From: Alphaproteobacteria bacterium
GTDB lineage: Bacteria > Pseudomonadota > Alphaproteobacteria > Puniceispirillales > Puniceispirillaceae
Direction: 5' to 3'
Assembly: GCA_038147755.1 (NCBI GenBank)
Contig: JAYQTS010000010.1
Location: forward strand, 6,848-70,847
DNA length: 64,000 bases
Shown here: positions 19,827 to 28,290 of the stretch, piece by piece
Layout: the number at the start of each line of letters is the position of its first letter
Position numbering within the stretch: position 1 is the first letter of the stretch
The notes under the pieces: model-generated
Database searches by the model: none
Seen by the model: the letters and a program-made list of their open reading frames with translations, nothing else
Told to the model about the DNA's origin: nothing
Translations under genes and position numbers: made by a program

Positions 19827-20942
19827 ATGAGCGAAGAAATAATAATCATTGGTAATAGTTTTAGTGGTCTTGGAGCGGCCATTGCCTTCGCGAAATATGG
19901 ACATAAAATCAAAGTCATAGCACCTAATAACAAGCCTCAACTTTTTGGTGGATTACAAATTGCACCAAACGGATTAGCTGCCTTATCTAGTTTAGATTTA
20001 AAAGATGAAATTTTAGATAAGGCGACTAGGCTTTTAGCGGTAGACATAAAATCTTTTGATTTGGCATCGACCCTTACAAAAATATCGCTATCAGGAAGCA
20101 AAACTACATACGTATCAATTGCACGCCAGGACCTTCATCAAACCTTATTAAAAATATGTCTAAAAAACCCCCTTATCAAATTTATTGATGCTAAAGTATC
20201 AGCCATTTCCCAAAAATTTAATAGCACAACTTTAATTCTGGATAACTCTGATATAATCACCGCCCCCTTTATAGTGGGTGCGGATGGCTGGGAAGGTAAG
20301 ACAAGACAATTTGTAAATCCAACAGCCAGCCAAGTAAATTCTGGATATGCTATTTGTAGATGTATATTTCCTTCAAAAGACATCCCACCGGGTTTTTCTT
20401 TTCCAAATGTGCAATTATGGCTCGGTAATTCATGCCATTTAGTATCCTACCCAATCCGAAATGGCAAAGATGTCAATTTCGTATTTTCATTTTCTGAGAG
20501 CGCTTTTTCTAAAAACTCCATCCAATCTATTTTATCCTGTCATCCGATTTTATCACTGCTTGAAAAAAGAATGAAGGACTGGCAAATAATATCTATAAAA
20601 AATAGTGAACCCTTATTCAACTGGCGCAGAGGTTCAGTAACATTAATAGGTGACGCAGCCCATCCTATGCCGCCTCATTTAGCTCAAGGTGCTGGTCAAT
20701 CATTTATGGATATTGCATGTATTGAGAATGTTCTAGCAAAGGGGTTTTGTGTTTCCGATACGTTGAATGAAATGATAAAAATACGTATGCCAGAAGCTCA
20801 TTCTGTTGCTAGGAAAAGTCAAATATCTGGAGATATTTTTCGTACTAACGGACCTGTTGCAAGCTTACGAAACCAGATAATTGGGTTAACTGGGGAAAAA
20901 ATTATAAATGAGTTTCTAAATGATTTATGGCTATTAACCTAA
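19827..20942 (+). CDS. FAD-dependent aromatic-ring monooxygenase family protein (salicylate hydroxylase/UbiH-like)
   Basis: 371 aa. N-terminal dinucleotide fold, GADG, and GDAAHPMPPHLAQGAGQSFMD. Confidence 0.75.
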   Translation: MSEEIIIIGNSFSGLGAAIAFAKYGHKIKVIAPNNKPQLFGGLQIAPNGLAALSSLDLKDEILDKATRLLAVDIKSFDLASTLTKISLSGSKTTYVSIARQDLHQTLLKICLKNPLIKFIDAKVSAISQKFNSTTLILDNSDIITAPFIVGADGWEGKTRQFVNPTASQVNSGYAICRCIFPSKDIPPGFSFPNVQLWLGNSCHLVSYPIRNGKDVNFVFSFSESAFSKNSIQSILSCHPILSLLEKRMKDWQIISIKNSEPLFNWRRGSVTLIGDAAHPMPPHLAQGAGQSFMDIACIENVLAKGFCVSDTLNEMIKIRMPEAHSVARKSQISGDIFRTNGPVASLRNQIIGLTGEKIINEFLNDLWLLT

Positions 20943-21066
20943 AATACATGTATTTTTTAGATAGTTTTTAATTTAATTTCTGATACTTTCCGAGCCATTA
21001 CTTGTTTTTGAAACGAATTACACCATGTCTTTATTTCATATAAAAAAGCAATAATGTAGGTTATTT

Positions 21067-21624
21067 ATGAATATAAAGCATTTAAACTGGTTCCTTCTTA
21101 TAATAACCATGATAAACTTAGGTACTACATCTATGGCAAATGCTAAATCTGCATATGATTTTAATTTTGAATCAATAGAAGGAGGTATTATACCTCTGTC
21201 TGATTTTACGGGTAATGTAATACTTCTTGTTAATACTGCCTCTGAATGCGGGTTTACCAACCAGTATGAAGGGTTGCAATCACTGTGGGACGAATTTAAA
21301 TCAGATGGATTAGTCATAATAGGCGTTCCCAGTAACGATTTTGGTGGACAAGAACCTGGTACAAATGTCCAGATTAAAAACTTTTGCGAAGTAAATTTTA
21401 ACATAAACTTTCCAATGACTGCCAAAACCGTAGTTAAAGGAAACAGGGCACATCCTTTCTACAAATGGGTTAATGACGAACTTGGTTGGAGGGCTCGTCC
21501 TAAATGGAATTTTCATAAATATCTTATCGGTAGAGATGGTTCTTTACAGGGTTCTTTTTCATCCATGGTCAGCACGGAGTCATCAAACCTCCGAAATAAA
21601 ATTACACAATTACTAAAAAAATAA
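21067..21624 (+). CDS. Glutathione peroxidase (Cys-type), with N-terminal signal sequence
   Basis: 185 aa. LLVNTASECGFT, GVPSNDFGGQEPG and WNFHKYL motifs. Confidence 0.9.
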   Translation: MNIKHLNWFLLIITMINLGTTSMANAKSAYDFNFESIEGGIIPLSDFTGNVILLVNTASECGFTNQYEGLQSLWDEFKSDGLVIIGVPSNDFGGQEPGTNVQIKNFCEVNFNINFPMTAKTVVKGNRAHPFYKWVNDELGWRARPKWNFHKYLIGRDGSLQGSFSSMVSTESSNLRNKITQLLKK

Positions 21625-21648
21625 AATCTAACAACTACTAAATATTTT

Positions 21649-22806
21649 TTAACGAGCTTCCAAAAGTACCCCAGTCCTCTCGGGTAGGGCAGTCCTTCCC
21701 GCTATCTTTGCTATAGGTTGACCCTTCCAAATATATTTTTGAAGCATCATAGAAAAAACAATACCACTAGTTCCTGCATATATTGGAACCTTAACACGAT
21801 AAGCTTCTGGTCCATCTAATAAAAGAATGTTTGCAATTAATTCTCCTTCCGTCACATCTTGACCAAGCTGGACTTCATAACAAACCAATCCAGTTACCTC
21901 TGATTTGATAATCTGAGTCGCATTAAATGGCAAAGCTGGTGGCATGGGAGAACAGGTATTATCTGTTTCTGAATTAACGAACCCACGCGAACTAAAAAAT
22001 CCCATTAAATTTTCTGCATCTTTTCTATTTAAAGATATTTCAACATCAACTAATCCTCGATATTCCAGCGTTGCGGATAGTACTGGCTTTGGAATAGGTT
22101 TATCTGGGCAACGCCTTTGAATATCTATCCATAACCTTGGCCAAATTTCATCGAAAGAACCCCCACCTGAATTTTCAGCCGTTAAAGTTACATAGGAGCC
22201 CATCCAATCAGCTAGGTCTTGGTATTCAGGCATTAATTGCGGAACAATATAAATATGGTTTAATGCTTGAACATCGCAGTGCAAATCCAAAACTATATCG
22301 CAAGCCATTGCTATTTGTATTATTTCAAGCCGGAGCCTTTCTAAAGCGGTTATCGGTTTCTGGTTTGATATCCATTTTTCTAAGGCTAATAAAACTTTAT
22401 TTTTGTTTTCTTCAACATCTTGCGTTAAATTTTTAATTAATTCTCCATCTTCACTAATGATGCATTCTGCAAGGTCTGGCCAATTACGATTAAAATTTAT
22501 TCCAGTTGAAAAATCGAACCTCCCACTATGATGGTGATTATAAATCTGTGCCATTCCAATTGGGTTTACCATGGGAAAAACGAAAAATTCAGCATTAAGT
22601 TTCCCCAACTTATCTGCCTTCTCCAACATCTCTAGTAAATAGTGCAAAATGAGCGTTCCTGGCTGCTCATCTGCATGCAGGCCTGCCTGTAAAAATATCT
22701 TAGGAACATTACCTTTCCCCTCCGGGGCAAAATGATAATAAGATAAATTATAAAAAGAGACTGCTGTATCAGCTTGTAATTGAATCTTTAGATGTTCAAC
22801 GCTTAT
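21649..22806 (-). CDS. Succinylglutamate desuccinylase/aspartoacylase (AstE/ASPA) family zinc deacylase; start codon unresolved
   Basis: The ORF-track piece (to 22647) has VLDLHCD. The in-frame open region upstream carries the metal motif GLHADEQPG but no ATG/GTG/TTG. ATA at 22804-22806 lies 5 nt after GGGAGG. Confidence 0.7.
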   Translation of the reverse strand: MSVEHLKIQLQADTAVSFYNLSYYHFAPEGKGNVPKIFLQAGLHADEQPGTLILHYLLEMLEKADKLGKLNAEFFVFPMVNPIGMAQIYNHHHSGRFDFSTGINFNRNWPDLAECIISEDGELIKNLTQDVEENKNKVLLALEKWISNQKPITALERLRLEIIQIAMACDIVLDLHCDVQALNHIYIVPQLMPEYQDLADWMGSYVTLTAENSGGGSFDEIWPRLWIDIQRRCPDKPIPKPVLSATLEYRGLVDVEISLNRKDAENLMGFFSSRGFVNSETDNTCSPMPPALPFNATQIIKSEVTGLVCYEVQLGQDVTEGELIANILLLDGPEAYRVKVPIYAGTSGIVFSMMLQKYIWKGQPIAKIAGRTALPERTGVLLEAR

Positions 22807-22842
22807 TTTTACCTCCCGATCTTATGAAAATAAACCATTTAA

Positions 22843-23685
22843 TTACCTCAATATATTTATTGATAGTTGGATTTTTGCTCTCTGCTCAACATCAAGGTGT
22901 CTATTTAGATACTTATTAGCAACCCCAAAAATAGAAATTATGACGAATGTTAATAATATAAAATACATTGCCACTATTGGATAAGGCAAAAACGGATTAA
23001 ATGTCTTATCTGCAAAATAATTGGCGTAATATAATGCGTCACCAGACTGCCTCCAGGCTGGAAAGCCAGAGAAAAAAATTAGTGATGTAGCATGAAATAG
23101 AAAAATAGCTTCATTAGTATATGAGGGCCAAGCCAGACGTAACATAGAGGGCCAAATAATACGCCAGAATTTACTCCATCCAGTTATGCCATATGCCTCC
23201 GCTGCTTCTAATTCACCGAAAGGAACAGAGCGAATTGCACCGTAAAATATTTCTGCTGAATATGCGGCAGTATTGAAAAAAAGTACGATTAACCCACCAA
23301 GCCAAGCTCTTGTAAGCCAGCGCGTTTCAGCAGACAATGTTATGAAACCTAAATCAAATTCAATGCCAACTTTAGGTAGAAGTACGAAAAACTCATAAGC
23401 AAAGAAAAATTGAATAAAAAGAGGAGACCCTCTAAACACAAAAATAATACTTTCAGATGGTATTCTAAAAAGTGCAAGCTTATTGTTTTTACCTACAGCA
23501 AGAATTATTGAAAACCAAAAACCAAAAAAAACAGCAATTATTCCAAAATAAATATTCCAAATTAACCCAGAGCCAATTAATACAACCTGTTCACATATCG
23601 TAATATCAGTTTTTGGCAAGATACGTTCACCAATCCCAATTGAACGCAGACCATAATCCTGTAATGTTGCCCAACAAGAGCTCAT
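22843..23685 (-). CDS. Polar amino acid/opine ABC transporter permease (HisM/OccM-like)
   Basis: 280 aa polytopic protein with an EAAEAYG loop. Confidence 0.8.
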   Translation of the reverse strand: MSSCWATLQDYGLRSIGIGERILPKTDITICEQVVLIGSGLIWNIYFGIIAVFFGFWFSIILAVGKNNKLALFRIPSESIIFVFRGSPLFIQFFFAYEFFVLLPKVGIEFDLGFITLSAETRWLTRAWLGGLIVLFFNTAAYSAEIFYGAIRSVPFGELEAAEAYGITGWSKFWRIIWPSMLRLAWPSYTNEAIFLFHATSLIFFSGFPAWRQSGDALYYANYFADKTFNPFLPYPIVAMYFILLTFVIISIFGVANKYLNRHLDVEQRAKIQLSINILR

Positions 23686-23687
23686 CC

Positions 23688-24569
23688 TTAATATCCTTGT
23701 AGCTCTTTGCCAGCCATTGTTGCCTGACCTTTACTTAATTTTATTTGAAGCCGTTTTAGCACCTTACCACTTGCCCATGTCATTAATAAATAAAACACCA
23801 ATAACCCAGCAAAATAATAAACCCTCCAATCTGGGTGAGGGTAAGCATACATAGAAGTTTTAGACCCACCTAGCTCTCGTGCCCAATACACTATGTCCTC
23901 AACTCCCAGCAAAAATAATAGTGGCGTTGCTTTAATTAATATCATCCATAAATTTGATAGACCAGGAATTGCATATATCCACATTTGGGGCACTAAAACA
24001 CGCCAAAAAATTTGTTTTTGCGTAAATCCGAAAGCAGCACCCGTTTCTGTTTGTGTCTTGGGAACTGCTCTCATAGCCCCACTTAAAACATTACCCGCAA
24101 AAGCACCAAAAACAATTGCAAAAGCAATCAATGCTAATGTAAATGCGTAAAGCTGATGCACCCACAAATCTGCTGTTGATAAAGGTAGTTTAGCTGCCTT
24201 ACAAACAACGAAATCTGTTCCCTGCCATATTGGTTCCACTACATCAAAGCATATTATTTTATGACGAATAAATTCAAAAAACTGGTCAAGTGCTAAAGGC
24301 ACAAACAAAAAGAAAACCACATCTGGTATACCTCTAACCATATTAATATAGCTCTTCGAAAATATTTGAATAAGCCAGTTAGATGAGCGCGTGCCGATTG
24401 TAGCAATAAATCCAAACAATAGAGATAGGGGAGCGGCAATTGCCAACAACATTAACACAACTAAAAATGATACGTAAAACGCAAAATGTTTAGCAGTAGT
24501 TAAATAACATATTACCCAGAAAAACTCTGTTAATGTCGATGGATCAGCACAAACATCAAACATTGGCAA
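23688..24569 (-). CDS. Polar amino acid/opine ABC transporter permease (HisQ/OccQ-like)
   Basis: 293 aa polytopic protein with a permease loop (TETGAAFGFTQKQ). Confidence 0.8.
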   Translation of the reverse strand: MPMFDVCADPSTLTEFFWVICYLTTAKHFAFYVSFLVVLMLLAIAAPLSLLFGFIATIGTRSSNWLIQIFSKSYINMVRGIPDVVFFLFVPLALDQFFEFIRHKIICFDVVEPIWQGTDFVVCKAAKLPLSTADLWVHQLYAFTLALIAFAIVFGAFAGNVLSGAMRAVPKTQTETGAAFGFTQKQIFWRVLVPQMWIYAIPGLSNLWMILIKATPLLFLLGVEDIVYWARELGGSKTSMYAYPHPDWRVYYFAGLLVFYLLMTWASGKVLKRLQIKLSKGQATMAGKELQGY

Positions 24570-24615
24570 TCCTTTTATCTGGGAATTAGCTAATATTGAC
24601 TAAAACTAATAGTTG

Positions 24616-24651
24616 GGTAAGACGTAGACCAACATAAGTCTACGTCTTACC
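24616..24651 (-). promoter_or_regulatory. Intercistronic stem-loop between the binding-protein and permease genes
   Basis: Perfect 14-bp inverted repeat GGTAAGACGTAGAC / GTCTACGTCTTACC with an 8-nt loop. The T-run is on the plus strand only. Confidence 0.6.
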
Positions 24652-24658
24652 TCCTTTT

Positions 24659-25390
24659 TTATTTGCAATCAGGAAAAGTTTCACTGATTTCCCATTCAGT
24701 AATTAGAGAATTCAATGAACCATCATCACACATTGAGTTGATTGCTGAATTAAATTTTTCTTTCAAAGAAGAGTCTGATTTACGAATACCCATTCCAACG
24801 CCTCCACCAATAAAAACGCTGTCGCCCGCAAAACTTAACTCACCACCTGATTCTTCTACAAAAGGTTTTAAAAATGCGTCATCAGCAAGAACAGCATCTG
24901 CTTCACCATTTCTAACGGCGGCGATTGTTTCATCTGGTGTAGCAAATTCTACCAAGGTGGCTCCAGAATCGACTATATAACTTGCCTGTATTGTTCCAGT
25001 TTGAGCGGCTATCACACCGGATTTTAAATCAACAGACGCTCCCGATAATGTAACGTATGTTGAAGGGTCTGGCATAGTATAAGGCCTAGTAAAATCGATT
25101 TCTTTCATACGCTCTTCTGTGATAGACATACCAGCTATTATAGTGTCGTAATTTCCCCCTTTTAAATTTGGAATAATTGAGTCCCAATCATTCTTTACCC
25201 AAGCGCAGTCTAGATTTGCTCGCTTACATAATTCGTTTCCAAGGTCAATTTCAAATCCTATAAATTGGCCATTATCATCAATGCCGTTATAAGGCATATA
25301 GGCACCTTCTGTACCCATTCGAACGGTATCTGCATAGACTGTGCTTATTGCAAAACTTGCAAAAACAGCAGCAATTAGAATTTTTTTCAT
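24659..25390 (-). CDS. Polar amino acid/opine ABC transporter substrate-binding protein
   Basis: 243 aa with a signal peptide. GFEIDL and IIAGMSITEER, as in the HisJ/ArgT/OccT family. Confidence 0.8.
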   Translation of the reverse strand: MKKILIAAVFASFAISTVYADTVRMGTEGAYMPYNGIDDNGQFIGFEIDLGNELCKRANLDCAWVKNDWDSIIPNLKGGNYDTIIAGMSITEERMKEIDFTRPYTMPDPSTYVTLSGASVDLKSGVIAAQTGTIQASYIVDSGATLVEFATPDETIAAVRNGEADAVLADDAFLKPFVEESGGELSFAGDSVFIGGGVGMGIRKSDSSLKEKFNSAINSMCDDGSLNSLITEWEISETFPDCK

Positions 25391-25428
25391 ATTTTTTCTC
25401 CTATCTAAACATTTAAGTGCATTTCAAT

Positions 25429-26208
25429 TTAACTCGCAGCTGCACTTAAAAACTGCTTTAGCCGGTGAGATTTGGGTTTTCCAAACAAACTGTCTGGATG
25501 ACCTTCTTCTTCGACAATTCCCTGATGCAGGAAATACACTCGATCTGATAAATCACGTGCTAGCTGCATATCATGAGTCACTAAAAGCATGGTACGCCCC
25601 TCTGATGCAAGATCTTTTATAACTTTCACCACTTCTTGTTCAAGCTCTGGGTCAAGAGCAGATGTAGGCTCGTCAAATAATAAAGCGTCAGGTTCCATTG
25701 CAAGTGCTCTTGCGATGGCCGCCCTTTGTTGTTGACCACCTGATAATTGAGCTGGCCAAGCATCTGCTTTATCTGCAATACCAACTTTTTCGAGGAGAGA
25801 ATAAGCTACATCTCGCATAATATGCCTATCTTTTCTAAGAACGGTGACTGGCGCTTCAATCACATTATCCAAAATCGACAAATGAGACCATAAATTAAAT
25901 GATTGGAAAACCATTGATAAATTGGTTCTAAACTTAATAATCTGCTTTTTATCAGTTAACTGCCTAGAATCTGTTTTATTAGTCCAAGATACAGCCTCCC
26001 CCTTGAAAATAATTTCACCAGCCTGCGGAATCTCTAACAAATTACAGCATCGCAATAATGTTGATTTTCCAGACCCAGAGGAACCAATAAAACTAATTAC
26101 TGACCCTGCATATGCTGAAAAACTTATGTCTTTTAAAACTGGGAGTTTATCATAATTTTTCTTGAGGTTACGTACCTCTAATATTGGGCTATTTTCAATT
26201 ATATCCAA
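25429..26208 (-). CDS. Polar amino acid/opine ABC transporter ATP-binding protein (HisP/OccP-like)
   Basis: 259 aa. GSSGSGKST, LSGGQQQRAAIARAL, LLFDEPTSALDPE and VTHDM. Confidence 0.9.
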   Translation of the reverse strand: MDIIENSPILEVRNLKKNYDKLPVLKDISFSAYAGSVISFIGSSGSGKSTLLRCCNLLEIPQAGEIIFKGEAVSWTNKTDSRQLTDKKQIIKFRTNLSMVFQSFNLWSHLSILDNVIEAPVTVLRKDRHIMRDVAYSLLEKVGIADKADAWPAQLSGGQQQRAAIARALAMEPDALLFDEPTSALDPELEQEVVKVIKDLASEGRTMLLVTHDMQLARDLSDRVYFLHQGIVEEEGHPDSLFGKPKSHRLKQFLSAAAS

Positions 26209-26475
26209 AACAAATCTATCCTAATAAAAATTTTAACTATATATAATTTCCCTAATTAAAAGCGACCTGATTTTTTTACCATAGCGTCTTATTGTAATTT
26301 TATAAAGAAATCAAAAAACAAATATTGCTTATTTTTATTTTTAGGTATCAAACCGCAACTATACTTGCGGATAAATTAGGTTAGATGCTATATCCATCTA
26401 CACGCTTATTGGGCTCTAGATTAAATTTGAATTTCTGCTTAGCAATATTTTAATATAACAAAAAAAGCACAGGAA

Positions 26476-27423
26476 ATGATTAAAAGATCCAAGGAAACGC
26501 CTTTTTTAATCGCAGCTCTGTATCATTTTGTTAGCCTGAATAAAATAGATGAATGGCAAACAAAAATAAAAAATTGCTGTGATGAGCAATCTCTGTTTGG
26601 AACTATTCTTATTGCTCCAGAAGGGATAAATGGAACAATTGCAGGGAGCCATAAAGGCATAAATAATTTTGTTAACTGGCTATGTAATCAACCTCAATTT
26701 AAAGAATTGGAAATAAAATATTCCCAAAATGAAAGTTGTCCTTTTCACCGCATGAAAGTAAGACTAAAAAAAGAAATAGTAACTATGGGGAAACCTGAAA
26801 TTAACCCGTCGAAATCTAGAGGTATTTACGTAAAACCCCAAGATTGGAACAATTTAATTTCATCTCCAGATGTGCTGGTTGTTGATACTCGTAATGATTA
26901 TGAAATAGCTATTGGGCAATTTAAAGACGCTATAAACCCTAATACAACTTCGTTTCGTGATTTTCCAAATTGGGCAGACAATTTTGCCTCTCAGAGAAAA
27001 AATATTAAACCAACCAAAATTGCTATGTATTGTACTGGGGGAATTAGATGCGAAAAATCAACAGCCTATATGAAAAGGCTTGGGTTTAATGAGGTTTATC
27101 ATCTGCAAGGCGGCATCCTAAAATATTTTGAAGAAGTTCCTTCTAATGAATCACTTTGGCAAGGGGAATGTTTTGTGTTTGATGATCGGGTTAGCGTTGA
27201 CCATACATTAGAAAAAGGAGCCTACACATTATGTAATGCCTGCAGACAACCTTTATCTGAGACTGACCTAGAAACAAGCAGCTATCAACCAGGAATTAGT
27301 TGCCCCAAGTGTATTTCAAAAACAAGCCCTAAACAAAAAGAGCGTTTTAAAGAGAGGCAAAAACAAGTTAAATTAGCCCAAAGACGAGGTCAGAAACATA
27401 TAGGTGCTTTGATCAAAAAGTAA
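26476..27423 (+). CDS. trhO: Rhodanese-domain tRNA uridine(34) hydroxylase (YceA/UPF0176 family)
   Basis: 315 aa. Rhodanese active-site loop YCTGGIRCEKS and a C-terminal Cys cluster. Confidence 0.8.
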   Translation: MIKRSKETPFLIAALYHFVSLNKIDEWQTKIKNCCDEQSLFGTILIAPEGINGTIAGSHKGINNFVNWLCNQPQFKELEIKYSQNESCPFHRMKVRLKKEIVTMGKPEINPSKSRGIYVKPQDWNNLISSPDVLVVDTRNDYEIAIGQFKDAINPNTTSFRDFPNWADNFASQRKNIKPTKIAMYCTGGIRCEKSTAYMKRLGFNEVYHLQGGILKYFEEVPSNESLWQGECFVFDDRVSVDHTLEKGAYTLCNACRQPLSETDLETSSYQPGISCPKCISKTSPKQKERFKERQKQVKLAQRRGQKHIGALIKK

Positions 27424-27455
27424 AAAGTATAGAACTTTTTATTAATTATAATATT

Positions 27456-28112
27456 TTAATTACCTCTCATTGATTTTATTCGAGACTCATAATGCTCTTC
27501 GCCTGCACCAAAAATAGCTGAACCAGCAACAAGATTATTTGCGCCAGCTGCAACTGCTAAGGAAGCCGTTTGAGCAGTGATACCACCATCTACTTGTAAT
27601 TGAATTGGCCTATCGCCAATTAGTTTTCTAGCTAGTTGTATTTTATCTACCATTGTTGAAATAAATTTTTGACCACCAAACCCTGGATTTACTGTCATAA
27701 TGAGAATTAATCCAATTTTATCTAAAACTTGTGATAGATTTTCAACACCGGTGTGAGGATTTAACGCAACTCCGGCGCAACAATCATGATCATTAATTAC
27801 TGACAAAACTCTATCAAGATGATTACACGCTTCAAAATGTACCGTAATACCGTTGCATCCAGCCTGTTTCATATCTGTAATTAATAGTTCCGGGTTGCTC
27901 ACCATTAGATGTGCATCAAAATAACTTGATGAGCTTTTTCGAAGGGCAGAGATAACAGGAGCCCCAAAGCTTATATTTGGAACAAAATTACCGTCCATTA
28001 CATCAAGATGAATCCAATCCGCCCCAGCTTTTTCTACTTTGTTAACTTCAGCTGAAAGATCTCCAAAATCAGCGGCTAAAATAGAAGGAGCGATTATAAT
28101 ACCAGAGTTCAT
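27456..28112 (-). CDS. rpe: Ribulose-phosphate 3-epimerase
   Basis: 218 aa. APSILAADF, HLDVMDGNFVPN, MTVNPGFGGQKF and VDGG. Confidence 0.95.
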   Translation of the reverse strand: MNSGIIIAPSILAADFGDLSAEVNKVEKAGADWIHLDVMDGNFVPNISFGAPVISALRKSSSSYFDAHLMVSNPELLITDMKQAGCNGITVHFEACNHLDRVLSVINDHDCCAGVALNPHTGVENLSQVLDKIGLILIMTVNPGFGGQKFISTMVDKIQLARKLIGDRPIQLQVDGGITAQTASLAVAAGANNLVAGSAIFGAGEEHYESRIKSMRGN

Positions 28113-28290
28113 AATACCACCACATTCTTTGCCTTAAAATAGGGCAAGTTATCTTGGCTTGAACAACCCATAACTGTAATCCTCTCAATTATTTGCAACG
28201 CACGTTGATATTTGCGCTCTAGTTCTTCTTCCTCTAAAGCTTCAAACTGCTGTCCACACAATAATATACCATGATTAGATTGCAGTGCTC

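Noticed and set aside
27422-27440. The AAAAAGT-ataga-ACTTTTT hairpin between convergent trhO and rpe, as a bidirectional terminator.
   Set aside because: The stem is only 7 bp and almost entirely A-T, too weak to call with confidence. It is noted only as a possibility.
28109-28261. A roughly 50-codon ORF (TTG start) filling the helicase-rpe gap, whose TGA overlaps the rpe ATG. It translates as LCGQQFEALEEEELERKYQRALQIIERITVMGCSSQDNLPYFKAKNVVVL.
   Set aside because: It has no clear Shine-Dalgarno or ATG start, no recognisable family and a short length. It could equally be an rpe leader or a gene remnant. This is not enough evidence to call a CDS.
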